A stretch of 64,000 nt of DNA, from contig JAKLDS010000002.1 in NCBI GenBank assembly GCA_022703375.1, forward strand, positions 20,022 to 84,021, given 5' to 3'. Of the stretch, positions 47,356 to 57,239 are shown one piece after another; positions within the stretch are counted from its first letter, which is position 1, and every line of letters begins with the position of its first letter. The position numbers and the translations under genes were made by a program. The notes below the pieces were generated by a model. It had not been told where the DNA came from. It saw only the letters and a program-made list of their open reading frames with translations, and searched no databases. The stretch is from Deltaproteobacteria bacterium (GTDB lineage: Bacteria; Desulfobacterota; Syntrophia; Syntrophales; Smithellaceae).

Positions 47356-48676
47356 TATTGATCCCATTACAATTACCATTCTGATGTTTGGCGGGCTCCT
47401 CCTTGGCCTGTTTCTCGGCCATTCTTTAGCTTTTGTCTTTGGCGGTCTGGCGGTGATTTTCGGTTACCTCACCTGGGGGCCGGCCTGTTTTCCGATTTTT
47501 TCCAGCCGGATTGTCGGTTTAATGGATAATTTCATTCTGGTAGCTATTCCTATGTTTATTCTGATGGCCAACCTGCTCAATAGTTCCGGTGTGGCCGACG
47601 GTCTCTTTGATGCCCTGCGCTATCTGATGGGACCGATCCGTGGCGGCATTGCGCTCGCCGTTGTTATCGTCTGCACTCTCTTTGCCGCCTGTACCGGTGT
47701 TATTGCCGCCTCTATCGTTTCCATGGGGCTGCTGGGTCTGCCGATTATGCTTAAATACGGTTACGACAAGGAGCTTTCCTGCGGGACTATTTGCGCGGGC
47801 GGTTCGCTGGGCATTCTCATTCCTCCCAGCATCATGCTGGTGGTCATGGCCGATATGACCGGGCTTTCCGTTGGCAAACTCTTTGTCGGCAGCCTTGTTC
47901 CCGGTCTGCTACTGGCCGGATTGTATGCCATATACATTCTGATTATCTGCTGGTTCAAACCGGAAATGGGTCCCCCCCTGTCCAAAGAAGAGAGAGAAAA
48001 AGTATCCACGCCTCAAATTCTGAAAATGTGCCTGATTTCACTCGTTCCTCCTCTCATTCTCATTATGGGAGTCCTGGGATCGATTTTCACAGGCGTCGCC
48101 ACTCCGACCGAAGCTTCCGGAGTCGGAGCATTCCTGGCGCTGCTGATGACCATTGCTTACGGAAAATTCAGCTGGAAGATGATGGAAGAAGTTACTCTGG
48201 CGACAGCCAAGACGGTTGCCATGGTCATGATGATTCTGGTTGGCGCGACCTGCTTTACGGGTATCTTTATGGGATCGGGCGGCGGCAATGCGGTCGCCAG
48301 TGCCATTCTGGACATGGGACTCGGCAAATGGGGCACCTTTGCGATAATGATGTTTATCATTTTCATTTTAGGGATGTTTCTGGACTGGATAGGCATCGTC
48401 TATTTGACTTTTCCAATTTTTATCCCGATTGCGGCGCAGCTTGGTTTTGATCCGCTCTGGTTTGTCGTGTTGATAGCTGTCAATCTCCAGTCTTCATTTT
48501 TGACTCCTCCTTTCGGCTATGCGCTTTTTTTCATGAAAGGCATTGCCGCCAAGGATCTGACAACAGCGCAAATTTACCGCAGCGTTATTCCGTTTGTCGC
48601 CATTATTTTCTGCGGGATTATGTTGTGCGTAATGTTTCCCGAATTGATTACAACTCTTGCCAATATGGTGGATTAG
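47348..48676 (+). CDS. TRAP transporter large permease (DctM family)
   Basis: 442 aa, polytopic. Overlaps dctQ by 8 nt. Confidence 0.88.
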   Translation: MLNIDPITITILMFGGLLLGLFLGHSLAFVFGGLAVIFGYLTWGPACFPIFSSRIVGLMDNFILVAIPMFILMANLLNSSGVADGLFDALRYLMGPIRGGIALAVVIVCTLFAACTGVIAASIVSMGLLGLPIMLKYGYDKELSCGTICAGGSLGILIPPSIMLVVMADMTGLSVGKLFVGSLVPGLLLAGLYAIYILIICWFKPEMGPPLSKEEREKVSTPQILKMCLISLVPPLILIMGVLGSIFTGVATPTEASGVGAFLALLMTIAYGKFSWKMMEEVTLATAKTVAMVMMILVGATCFTGIFMGSGGGNAVASAILDMGLGKWGTFAIMMFIIFILGMFLDWIGIVYLTFPIFIPIAAQLGFDPLWFVVLIAVNLQSSFLTPPFGYALFFMKGIAAKDLTTAQIYRSVIPFVAIIFCGIMLCVMFPELITTLANMVD

Positions 48677-48728
48677 CGAAAACTGCATGGTCACAGCTGC
48701 TGCTGTTATATGAAAGTGAGGAGGTTAT

Positions 48729-50657
48729 ATGAAACGCAATAAAGTAGTTACCGCCGACGTGGCGGTTAACATGGTCCGCGACGGCTGGGTTTTGGGCGCC
48801 GAAGGCTTTCTGGGCTGTTGTACGGCGGATGAGTTGTATCTGGCGCTGGAAAAGAGATTTGTCGAGTCCGGAGGACCAAAAAATATTACATTAATACACT
48901 CTTCCGGCCCCGGTGATGCGGCAACCCGCGGGATTAATCGCATAGCACATCCGGGTATGTTCAAAAGAGTTGTTTCCGGTCACTACGGCCTGGTGCCCAG
49001 GATTGGCGAACTTGCCCTGCAAAATGATTTCGAGGCCTACAATCTGCCGCAGGGAATTCTCACCAATTTCTACCGGGCAGTTGCCGGCCGCAAACCGGGA
49101 GTTTTTACCAAGGTTGGTCTGGGAACCTTTGTTGACCCGCGCCATGAGGGCGGTAAAATAAGCAAAAAAGCTGTGGAAGGTATTGTGGAAATTGTCAATG
49201 TTGCCGGTGAAGAATGGTTGTTTATGAAATCATTTCCGGTGAATTGCGTCTTTATCCGCGGAACGACAGCCGATACCCGCGGCAATATTACAATGGAAAG
49301 AGAAGCCCTGGTCGTTGACGCTCTGGCCATGGCGATGGCTGCGCGCAATTCCGGAGGAATTGTAATCGCCCAGGTGGAACGCGTCGCTAATCCGGAAACA
49401 CTTCATCCCCATAATGTTATCGTTCCGGGGATTATGGTGGATTACGTCGTGGTTTCCCAGCCGGAGAATCACATGCAGAATTATGGCACGCAATTTCGCC
49501 CGGAACTCTGCGGCGAGATTCGGGTGCCGATGACTTCGATTAAAGCCCTGCCATTGGACGAACGCAAGGTCATGGCGCGTCGCGCCAATCTGGAACTGCG
49601 GCCCTATGACGTTATGAATCTCGGCATCGGGTATCCGGAGGCCGTCGCGGCGGTGGCCAATGAAGAAGGCATTCTTAGTTATCTGACCATGACCGTAGAA
49701 CCGGGGATTATCGGCGGTATGCCGATGGGCGGGCTTAATTTCGGCTGCTCCGTGAATCCGGAAGCGGTGATTTCCATGCCGGATCAGTTTGATTTTTACG
49801 ATGGCGGTGGACTTGACTTGACCTGCCTGGGCTTTGCGCAGGTTAATGTCTCCGGTAATGTTAACTCCCACAAATTCGGAACCAGGGTTGCGGGTTGCGG
49901 CGGCTTCATTGACATCAGCCAGAACGCCAAAAGAGTGCTTTACATGGGGACATTTACCAGCGGCGGATTGGAAGTGGCGGTAGCAAACGGACAAATGAAA
50001 ATTGTCAAGGAGGGTAAGACTAAAAAGTTCATCAATAATTGTGAACAAATCACCTTCTGCTCGCAATTTTCCGAGTCGCAGGGTCAGGAGGTTTTCTACA
50101 TCACGGAGCGCTGTGTTTTCAAACTTATTGAAGGCAAGCTCGAGTTGATTGAAATTGCGCCCGGAATAGACCTGGAAAAGGATATCTTGGCGCAAATGGA
50201 GTTTCGACCGGTAATGCGGAAAATTGAACTCATGGACAAACGGCTCTTTTCAGAATCTAACGTAGGCATTCACAGCGAATTTTTACTGAAGGAACTGAAG
50301 ACCCGCGTGCGTTATGATGAAGCCCGTAATCTGCTGCGCCTCAATTTCAACGGCCTCGAGATAGACTCACAGGATGATATTGACAACATTCGCAAAATTC
50401 TGGTTGATCTCTGCACTTCCATCGGGAAAAAAGTCAACACAGTTGTGAATTACAACGCCTTCAAGGTTAATGACCAGCTGTTCAGCGAATATCTGGTTAT
50501 GGGGCAGTTTGTTATTGAAAATTACTACCGCAAAGCCGCGCGTTACAGCGCCAACGCGGAAGCAAGAGCACGTTTTACGGACGAATTTCAATCCCGCAAA
50601 CTGCCGCCCAATATGTTTGCCACTGAGGAAGATGCCTTGCAGTACGTGATGAGTTAA
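48729..50657 (+). CDS. acyl-CoA:acetate/3-ketoacid CoA-transferase family enzyme with about 120-aa C-terminal extension
   Basis: 642 aa. The N-terminal approximately 520 aa resemble fused alpha/beta class I CoA-transferases (propionate CoA-transferase/YdiF-like). GAGGAGG RBS. Confidence 0.75.
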   Translation: MKRNKVVTADVAVNMVRDGWVLGAEGFLGCCTADELYLALEKRFVESGGPKNITLIHSSGPGDAATRGINRIAHPGMFKRVVSGHYGLVPRIGELALQNDFEAYNLPQGILTNFYRAVAGRKPGVFTKVGLGTFVDPRHEGGKISKKAVEGIVEIVNVAGEEWLFMKSFPVNCVFIRGTTADTRGNITMEREALVVDALAMAMAARNSGGIVIAQVERVANPETLHPHNVIVPGIMVDYVVVSQPENHMQNYGTQFRPELCGEIRVPMTSIKALPLDERKVMARRANLELRPYDVMNLGIGYPEAVAAVANEEGILSYLTMTVEPGIIGGMPMGGLNFGCSVNPEAVISMPDQFDFYDGGGLDLTCLGFAQVNVSGNVNSHKFGTRVAGCGGFIDISQNAKRVLYMGTFTSGGLEVAVANGQMKIVKEGKTKKFINNCEQITFCSQFSESQGQEVFYITERCVFKLIEGKLELIEIAPGIDLEKDILAQMEFRPVMRKIELMDKRLFSESNVGIHSEFLLKELKTRVRYDEARNLLRLNFNGLEIDSQDDIDNIRKILVDLCTSIGKKVNTVVNYNAFKVNDQLFSEYLVMGQFVIENYYRKAARYSANAEARARFTDEFQSRKLPPNMFATEEDALQYVMS

Positions 50658-50671
50658 TAAAATTGATCTGC

Positions 50672-50715
50672 GGTGAAGAGGCTTTATTAATTAATCTGGA
50701 AAAAGCCTCTTCACC
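50672..50715 (+). other. perfect 14-bp stem-loop after the CoA-transferase gene (terminator-like, weak U-tract)
   Basis: GGTGAAGAGGCTTT (50672-85) pairs with AAAGCCTCTTCACC (50702-15). Confidence 0.55.
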
Positions 50716-50804
50716 CTTTCCGTATCACAAATAATTGGCTGTTTTTTTAGTGAAGGATGAGATATTGCAATGCCATCTAAACGCATGATTCAGGAGGCGT
50801 CTCT

Positions 50805-52256
50805 TTGCTTTACCTCAACGTATTAATATCTGCCGTATTGCTTCTTGTAAGCATGTTTTTGGTGGATATGTTGCTGGCGCGGAAGTTTGGTAAGAGCCGT
50901 CCCTCTAAGTTATTTCGCGCTATCTTGCCGAGCGTTTTGACTTCCGTAATCGCTTTCACCTTTCTGGTGCAAGTTGATCCTCATAATCCCTGGATAATAG
51001 CGGGTTGCCTTATTCTTATTGTGTTGGTGGCTTATTTCAACTTCCTTTACATTGCGGAAAAAATATCCAAACCATTAAACCGCATTTGCTACTCTATCGG
51101 CGAGGAAAGCAATCAGGTGACGCTGGCCGCGCGCAAGGTTTCCCAGGCGAGTAAAACTATGGCGGATGGCGCAGCTTCCAGCGCTTCTGGTATCGAGGAA
51201 ACATCGGCTTCACTGGAAGAAATTACTTCAATGACGGCTATGAATGCGGAAAACACACAAAATGGCCAAAAAATGATGAATGAATCAATGGCTATCGTTA
51301 ATGCCGCCGATAAACATCTGGCGCAGATGGCCATCGCAGTTGCAGAAATTGCCCGCTCCGGCGAAGAAACAAGAAAAATAATCAAGACAATAGATGAAAT
51401 CGCTTTTCAAACGAATCTGCTGGCACTCAACGCCGCAGTGGAGGCGGCGCGCTCGGGTGAGGCCGGAGCCGGTTTTGCGGTTGTGGCTGCCGAGGTGAGA
51501 AACCTCGCCATGCGAGCGGCGGAAGCGGCGAAAAATACCAGTTCGCTGATTGAAAAGATTATTGTTTCCGTGAAAAGTGGTTATGAAATTACGATGACTG
51601 CCCAAAAAGTGTTTGAAAAGAATGTCGGACTGACCAATCAGGTAAGTCATGTCATTGACGATATCGCCCAGGCGAGCAAAGAACAGTCCGAAGGTATTGG
51701 CCAGATCAATACGGCTGTTGCCGAAATGGACCGGGTAATACAGCAAAACGCCCGTCATGCGGAAGAACTTGCCGCAGCCTCCGCCGATACGGATGACCGG
51801 GCGGAAAAAATGCGTAGTTATGTCCAGAACATGGTTAAGCTTCTGGCCACCGGCGACAAAGGTTCCATAAATGATGCCAAAGACATGGTAAAAAGAGCAA
51901 TTCGTTATCTTAATAATCATGGCGAAGCAGCTGCCCTGGCGGAATTCAGCAATCCCGAAGGTGCGTTTATCGACCGCGACTTATACATTTCAGCATACTC
52001 ACAGGAAGGATACGTAATAGCCCACGGCTGGAATATCAAGTTTGACTTTGTTGGGAAAAATATGATTGACCTCAAGGACGCCAACGGTAAATTACTTGTG
52101 AGGTCTATCCTGGATGTAGCCCGCAGCAAGAAAAAAGGCTGGGTAACCTATGCCTTTCTGCATCCGATTGCTAATAAAGTTATGGAAAAAACAGTTTATC
52201 TGGAGCGGGCAGGCAATATAATTCTTGCCACCGGTGCTTACAAGGAAATTGACTGA
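50805..52256 (+). CDS. methyl-accepting chemotaxis protein with C-terminal sCache_2-like domain
   Basis: TTG start 7 nt after AGGAGG. Three N-terminal TM helices, the MCP signalling hairpin EIAFQTNLLALNAAVEAARSGEAGAGFAVVAAEVRNLA, then a C-terminal approximately 120 aa with DLYISAYSQEGYVIAHG...GKNMIDLKDANGK...GWVTYAF (Cache_2 pattern). Confidence 0.85.
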   Translation: MLYLNVLISAVLLLVSMFLVDMLLARKFGKSRPSKLFRAILPSVLTSVIAFTFLVQVDPHNPWIIAGCLILIVLVAYFNFLYIAEKISKPLNRICYSIGEESNQVTLAARKVSQASKTMADGAASSASGIEETSASLEEITSMTAMNAENTQNGQKMMNESMAIVNAADKHLAQMAIAVAEIARSGEETRKIIKTIDEIAFQTNLLALNAAVEAARSGEAGAGFAVVAAEVRNLAMRAAEAAKNTSSLIEKIIVSVKSGYEITMTAQKVFEKNVGLTNQVSHVIDDIAQASKEQSEGIGQINTAVAEMDRVIQQNARHAEELAAASADTDDRAEKMRSYVQNMVKLLATGDKGSINDAKDMVKRAIRYLNNHGEAAALAEFSNPEGAFIDRDLYISAYSQEGYVIAHGWNIKFDFVGKNMIDLKDANGKLLVRSILDVARSKKKGWVTYAFLHPIANKVMEKTVYLERAGNIILATGAYKEID

Positions 52257-52497
52257 AGAAAAGGCAGTTATTTTTTTAAATCAGGAAGTTGAATTGATTA
52301 TAGCGAATTGGCAATGCAAGAAGTGATTCCGGATAAAGCATTGGCCAAACATATTACTTGCCTGATCCGCTATTCAGGCCGGTTTTCCGATTGGTTCCCT
52401 AAATGGATTTAATGTTGCATCATTTACAAATTTTTTATAAAAAATGTAACATAATGTTCTTGTTGCTTGAGACAAAAGAAAAGCGAATGTGTCATTT

Positions 52498-53961
52498 ATG
52501 AAAAAACAAATAGAAAATCCCGTTTTGAAAAAAAATAAGGTTAAACTGAAAATTTACGAAACGCTGCTGGATATTTCGGCGGATGGATTTGTCTTTATTG
52601 ACGATCAGGAACGCATCATCAAGATTAATAAAGCCTATTGCGCTTTTCTGGATGTAAAAGAGGAAGATGTTCTAGGGAAGAAAATTCTGGATGTCATCAA
52701 AAACTCCAAGCTGCCGGAATTGCTTGTTACCGGTGAGGCGGAAGTCAACGTGCTGCATCGTCTGGCTAAAGGACAAACGCCGGGCGATGAAAAATGCGTT
52801 GCCGTTTCCCGGTCGGCGGTAAAAGAAGGCGATAAAATAATCGGCGCCGTCGGTCAGATTTACTTCCGCAAAGAAACGATGGAACTTGCCGAACAATTGC
52901 GCAGCCTGGATTCCGAGCTTAATTATTATAAGAATGAACTGAAAAGAGTTACCGGCAATCATTACTCTTTTGATAATATCATCGGCCAGAACAAGCAATT
53001 CCTCGCGATAAAAAAGATTGCGGAAAAAGCGGCGAAAAATGATTTTTCCATTCTGCTGTTCGGCGATACCGGCACGGGGAAAGAGGTGTTTGCCAATGCG
53101 ATTCATTATGCGAGCAGACGCAAGGATAAACCGCTGGTAAGCGTTAACTGCAGCGCTATTCCTTCCGAATTGCTGGAATCGGAATTATTCGGCTATGAAG
53201 AAGGTGCTTTTACCGGGGCGAAGAAAGGCGGGAAAAAGGGCAAGTTTGAACTGGCTGACGGTGGAACCTTGTTCCTTGATGAAATAGGCGATATGCCGAT
53301 GACAATGCAGGCCAAACTGTTGCGGGTGCTGCAGGAAGGAGAAATAGAGAAAATCGGCGGCTATAAACCTGTGCCGGTGGATGTCAGGATTATTGCCGCA
53401 ACAAACAGAGACCTGGAAAGCGGCGGCCGCAAAGCACTGCGGGATGATTTGTATTACCGGTTGAGCGTAATTCAACTGAGGATTCCCTCGCTGAAAGAAA
53501 GGCCGGATGATATCAGAAATATTGCGGAAAAGTTTCTGGCTGAATTGAACAAGGCGCATTCCCGTTCCGTTATCGTTTCGCCGGACGCCTACCGGTTCCT
53601 GGAAAGATATAGCTGGCCCGGTAATATCCGGGAGCTGAGAAACGCAATTCAGCGTTCTTATTGTGTTGTCAGCGGCAATATCATTCTGCCGGCTCATCTG
53701 CCCTCTTATATTGTGACAAATACTAAGGTTCCGGCCAGCGCCGCCCAGAAAAAAACATTGGATAAAATGATTGAAGAAATCGAAAAAGAAATATTGCAAG
53801 GCGCGTTACAGCAAACCAATTTCAATTATAAGCTGACCGCCCGGGAACTGGGCATCCACCGCAGTACTTTGTATAAAAAGCTGGAAAAACTTAACATTAC
53901 CAGAAACGGCTGCGGCCATCATTCATCTTCGGATGCCCTTGATAATATTTCGGATGATTGA
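52498..53961 (+). CDS. sigma-54-dependent transcriptional activator (PAS - AAA+ - HTH)
   Basis: ORF from GTG 52489; ATG at 52498. N-terminal PAS-like region, GDTGTGKE Walker A, the GAFTGA sigma-54 contact loop, and a C-terminal HTH ([15 protein letters not shown]). Confidence 0.9.
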   Translation: MKKQIENPVLKKNKVKLKIYETLLDISADGFVFIDDQERIIKINKAYCAFLDVKEEDVLGKKILDVIKNSKLPELLVTGEAEVNVLHRLAKGQTPGDEKCVAVSRSAVKEGDKIIGAVGQIYFRKETMELAEQLRSLDSELNYYKNELKRVTGNHYSFDNIIGQNKQFLAIKKIAEKAAKNDFSILLFGDTGTGKEVFANAIHYASRRKDKPLVSVNCSAIPSELLESELFGYEEGAFTGAKKGGKKGKFELADGGTLFLDEIGDMPMTMQAKLLRVLQEGEIEKIGGYKPVPVDVRIIAATNRDLESGGRKALRDDLYYRLSVIQLRIPSLKERPDDIRNIAEKFLAELNKAHSRSVIVSPDAYRFLERYSWPGNIRELRNAIQRSYCVVSGNIILPAHLPSYIVTNTKVPASAAQKKTLDKMIEEIEKEILQGALQQTNFNYKLTARELGIHRSTLYKKLEKLNITRNGCGHHSSSDALDNISDD

Positions 53962-54049
53962 AGAGAAAAACGCGGATATTCTTTCGCTGGGGCTGTAAAT
54001 AATTTAAACCGTTGGTGCGGGGAAGAGAGCTTATTTAAATTTTTTCCGC

Positions 54050-54078
54050 TTGACAAGATAGTTGGCGATAGGTAGAGA
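54050..54078 (+). promoter_or_regulatory. possible sigma-70-type promoter
   Basis: TTGACA (54050-55), a 17-nt spacer, then TAGAGA (54073-78), 120 nt upstream of the thiolase-like gene. Confidence 0.35.
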
Positions 54079-54197
54079 AACTAGCGTGGCAAAGACAGTC
54101 CGCGCAGAAGACAAAAATTTTGCTCTGCTGAAGAGGCAGGGGAGTACTCGGCGGCGGAGTCAAAATAACAAAGAAAATCAAAAGATAAGGAGTTAAC

Positions 54198-55466
54198 ATG
54201 AGTAAAGTAAGTATTATCGGTGCTTATAACACCAAGTTCGGTTCTTTTGTTGAAAAAAACAAAGAAACAGGCGAAGTTAAGGATCTGAAAAGTTACTATG
54301 ATTTGATTGTCGAAGCTGGACAGGGAGCTCTTAAAGATGCAGGTATAGAGGCTAAGGATATAGATGGTATCTGGCTGGGTTCCTGTTCTCCTTCCATGTT
54401 TGTCAATCAGGAACATGACGGCCCGCTGGCCTTGGAAGTAGCGCCCAAGGATCTTCGGTTTGTGCATACTACCAGAACTGAGGGGGCCTGTGCTTCTTCT
54501 TCGCTCGCGCTTTACAACGCGATTTTTGGCGTAGAATCGGGAAGATTCAAAAGAGTATTGGTAATCGGCGTGGAAAAGATGTGTATGCTGGATACTAAGG
54601 GGACAACGCATGCTCTGGCTTGTTCTTCTTACTGGCCGGAAGAAGGAGCCAAGGGAATGACTTTCCCCGGACTTTTTGCGGAATATGCCAAAGGATACAT
54701 GAAACATTATAATTATTCGCTGGAAGAACTGCGCAAGATGCTGGCTTCCGTATCCGCTCTCATGTACAAAAACGGTGTGGAAAATCCCCTGGCCCATTTC
54801 GGTAAAAACAGTCCCCCCGACAAAATGCAGCTTTTTACTCCGGAAGCGATTCTTAATCTGCCGCTGGAAGGTAAGGGTAGTAACCCGATTGTTGCCGATC
54901 CGCTCAGACTCCATGATTGTTCTTTAATTACCGATGGCGCCGCGGCTATGGTGCTGGTTCCGACCTCAGAAGCTAAAGCAATCAGTAAAAAAGTTGTCGA
55001 AATTGCCGGTATTGGTTCGACATCGGAGAGACTGCCAATAAAAGTCAGGCCGAACATGCATGAACTAATGGCCGGTAAAGCCGCCGTGAAAAAATCATTT
55101 GCGGAAGCCGGCATCACCATCAAAGATGTTAATGTTGCCGAAGTTCACGATTGTTTCACCATTAACCAATTGCTCAGCACGGAAGCCCTGGGTCTTTCTC
55201 AAGACGGCCGCGCCGGCTTCGACTATATGGAAGGAAAATACAGCTGTAACGATGATTGTCCGATTAACCTTTCCGGTGGCCTTAAATCAAAAGGACATCC
55301 GGTCGGCGCGACCGGAGCTTCCATGCACGCGCTGATTTACAAACAGCTTGTCGGCGAGCCGATCGGAGCCACCCGCACCAAGGGCCAGCCGGAAATCGGA
55401 GTGGCTTTCAACGTTGGCGGTTCTGCTGCAACGAACTGTGTGACAACAATGAGAAGAATAAAATAA
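54198..55466 (+). CDS. thiolase-like acyl-CoA C-acyltransferase (SCP-x/archaeal-type)
   Basis: 422 aa. Active-site Cys region EGACASSSLAL, HDCF, and GGLKSKGHPVGATG. AAGGAG RBS. Confidence 0.8.
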   Translation: MSKVSIIGAYNTKFGSFVEKNKETGEVKDLKSYYDLIVEAGQGALKDAGIEAKDIDGIWLGSCSPSMFVNQEHDGPLALEVAPKDLRFVHTTRTEGACASSSLALYNAIFGVESGRFKRVLVIGVEKMCMLDTKGTTHALACSSYWPEEGAKGMTFPGLFAEYAKGYMKHYNYSLEELRKMLASVSALMYKNGVENPLAHFGKNSPPDKMQLFTPEAILNLPLEGKGSNPIVADPLRLHDCSLITDGAAAMVLVPTSEAKAISKKVVEIAGIGSTSERLPIKVRPNMHELMAGKAAVKKSFAEAGITIKDVNVAEVHDCFTINQLLSTEALGLSQDGRAGFDYMEGKYSCNDDCPINLSGGLKSKGHPVGATGASMHALIYKQLVGEPIGATRTKGQPEIGVAFNVGGSAATNCVTTMRRIK

Positions 55467-55477
55467 TTTATAACCTT

Positions 55478-55528
55478 CCGCTTTCCCTGGATAACGACTA
55501 AACCTAAGAAGTTAACCAGGGAAAGCGG
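55478..55528 (+). other. intercistronic perfect 13-bp stem-loop
   Basis: CCGCTTTCCCTGG (55478-90) pairs with CCAGGGAAAGCGG (55516-28). No U-tract. Confidence 0.65.
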
Positions 55529-55565
55529 GTTAGTATTACCAAAAATAACTTGGGGAGTGGTGACT

Positions 55566-56360
55566 ATGTTAGAGATTAAAGATTCAGTTGCAGTTATTAC
55601 TGGCGGCGCCAAAGGAATCGGTTTTGCGATAGCCGAGTATTGGGTAAAACAAGGCGGTAAAGTGGTTATTGGTGATGTTTTAGTGGATGTCTTGAAGGAA
55701 GCGGAGCAGAAACTCAAAGCAATAGGCGGTCAGGTCGCGACTGTTGTTTGCAACGTTACCAAGGAAGAAGATTGTGCCAAGCTGGCGGATACGGCTATTG
55801 AAAAATTCGGCAAAATTAATCTGGTTGTTCCCTGCGCCGGGATTATTAAAGACGGCATGATGGTATCTCCCGATAAGGAGACCGGAAAAGTAAAAAGCAA
55901 AATGTCCCTCGACCAGTTTAAAATCGTCGTTGACATCAACCTGACCGGCGTCTTTTTGACTGTACGTGAATGTGCGGAAAGAATGATTAACAATAAATGC
56001 AAAGGTCTGATCTGCATGATTTCTTCTACCGGTTCACTGGGCACGGCCGGCCAAATCAACTATTCATCAACCAAAGCGGCGGTATCGGTAATGCCGAAAG
56101 TCATCACTGCCGAATTTATGAGAAGAGGTCTGGGAGGACAAATCCGTTGCGTCGCGATTGCTCCGGGTTATGTAAATACTGATATCTTGAAGGGAATGAA
56201 TCAGGAAGCTCTCTCCAAGATTAAAGGTGATATCCCTATCGGTCGCTTGATTGAACCGGAAGAAATTGCTCAGCTGGCTGGTGATTTGTTCAAAAACGAA
56301 GCGCTGGCGGCGGAAGTGTATTTCTGCAGCGGCGGTTTGCGCCTGGGTTCCAAGGGTTAA
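55566..56360 (+). CDS. SDR-family oxidoreductase (hydroxyacyl-CoA/hydroxyacid dehydrogenase-like)
   Basis: ORF from GTG 55557; the ATG at 55566 lies 9 nt after GGGGAG. TGGAKGIG, and YSSTK catalytic Tyr-x3-Lys. Confidence 0.8.
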   Translation: MLEIKDSVAVITGGAKGIGFAIAEYWVKQGGKVVIGDVLVDVLKEAEQKLKAIGGQVATVVCNVTKEEDCAKLADTAIEKFGKINLVVPCAGIIKDGMMVSPDKETGKVKSKMSLDQFKIVVDINLTGVFLTVRECAERMINNKCKGLICMISSTGSLGTAGQINYSSTKAAVSVMPKVITAEFMRRGLGGQIRCVAIAPGYVNTDILKGMNQEALSKIKGDIPIGRLIEPEEIAQLAGDLFKNEALAAEVYFCSGGLRLGSKG

Positions 56361-56384
56361 TTTCCGATTTTTTGCGTACCAGCA

Positions 56385-56418
56385 GCCCCCGCGACATTCT
56401 GTCGCGGGGGCTTTTTGT
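56385..56418 (+). terminator. intrinsic terminator
   Basis: GCCCCCGCGAC-ATTCT-GTCGCGGGGGC followed by TTTTT. Confidence 0.9.
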
Positions 56419-57239
56419 TAACATGTCAATCAGTTTTATAAAATCGCCGTTTTAAAATAATGATACCCGGATTTGTTATTCCCGTCAGGAATTTGCCATT
56501 GGTAATTTCCAATATGCTTTTATGCACGAAATAACACGATAATTTGATAATTTGCTCAACAATTATTGCTGTGCAGAGAGAGAAAATCGAAACTTCGGGA
56601 GTTTTGGATAACAAAACATTATTATAAATTACTTTTTTCGAACATTCTCCTTGACATATGATAAAAATTTACCTATTAACGCAATCAGTAAAAAGCAAGT
56701 TTTTGCAAAAAGGTTCATTATCTGTAACAATGATGATTGCTGAAAGCCGCTGAGGGGAAGGGCTGCGAATTTCGTTATAGGGGAGATAGCGATTAAGCTG
56801 GTCTGCGGCAGGCAACTGTAAGAGGAAGAGGTTTGGGAGAGGCAGGACATCCGCAAACCTTATACAGGGATGATTTTTAGTGAATATTGGACCAAAAAAG
56901 AAAGATAGTGGTGAGGGGAACACCATTGAGCTTGCTGCAGGGGAAGGATATAATCCGCAGGCATTTCATGGGCGCCCCGTTGCCGTTGTCAGCCATTCCA
57001 GAAATTCAGCTTTATCCTCGTTCTTATATCGTAATAATGTCATCGCTAATAATAATCCGTTATTCGTGGATTTGTCGGTCAATTATATTCAAAAATATTC
57101 AAGTAATGTCAAAATAATAGTCGGTGTAAAAGGAGTGAACCACTTTGGGAAGCATTAAACCCCATTATGGTAAAGATTGCGCCATTAAATATTTTTTAAT
57201 GGAAATAATTAACAATATTTTACTTGAGGAGGAGAGGGC

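Noticed and set aside
49230-50195. 321-aa minus-strand ORF
   Set aside because: Antisense to the CoA-transferase gene. The same reasoning applies to 26614-27492, 54081-54914, 51285-51920, 46384-47022, 19271-19957, 18638-19252 and 20226-20903.
56740-56870. Cobalamin riboswitch
   Set aside because: Several short strings resemble conserved B12-riboswitch pieces: GGGAA, TGCGAAT, ACTGTAAG, and a B12-box-like GGCAGGACATCCGC. However, the flanking bases cannot form the required helices (for example GGGC...TTCG around the TGCGAAT loop). The downstream genes are also not cobalamin-related. Left as an unclassified candidate RNA pending cmsearch.
56880-57158. 92-aa ORF as a real gene
   Set aside because: It has no recognisable motif, an overlapping alternative-frame ORF of similar length, and AT-rich low-complexity composition. 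It is mentioned in a finding but not called as a feature.
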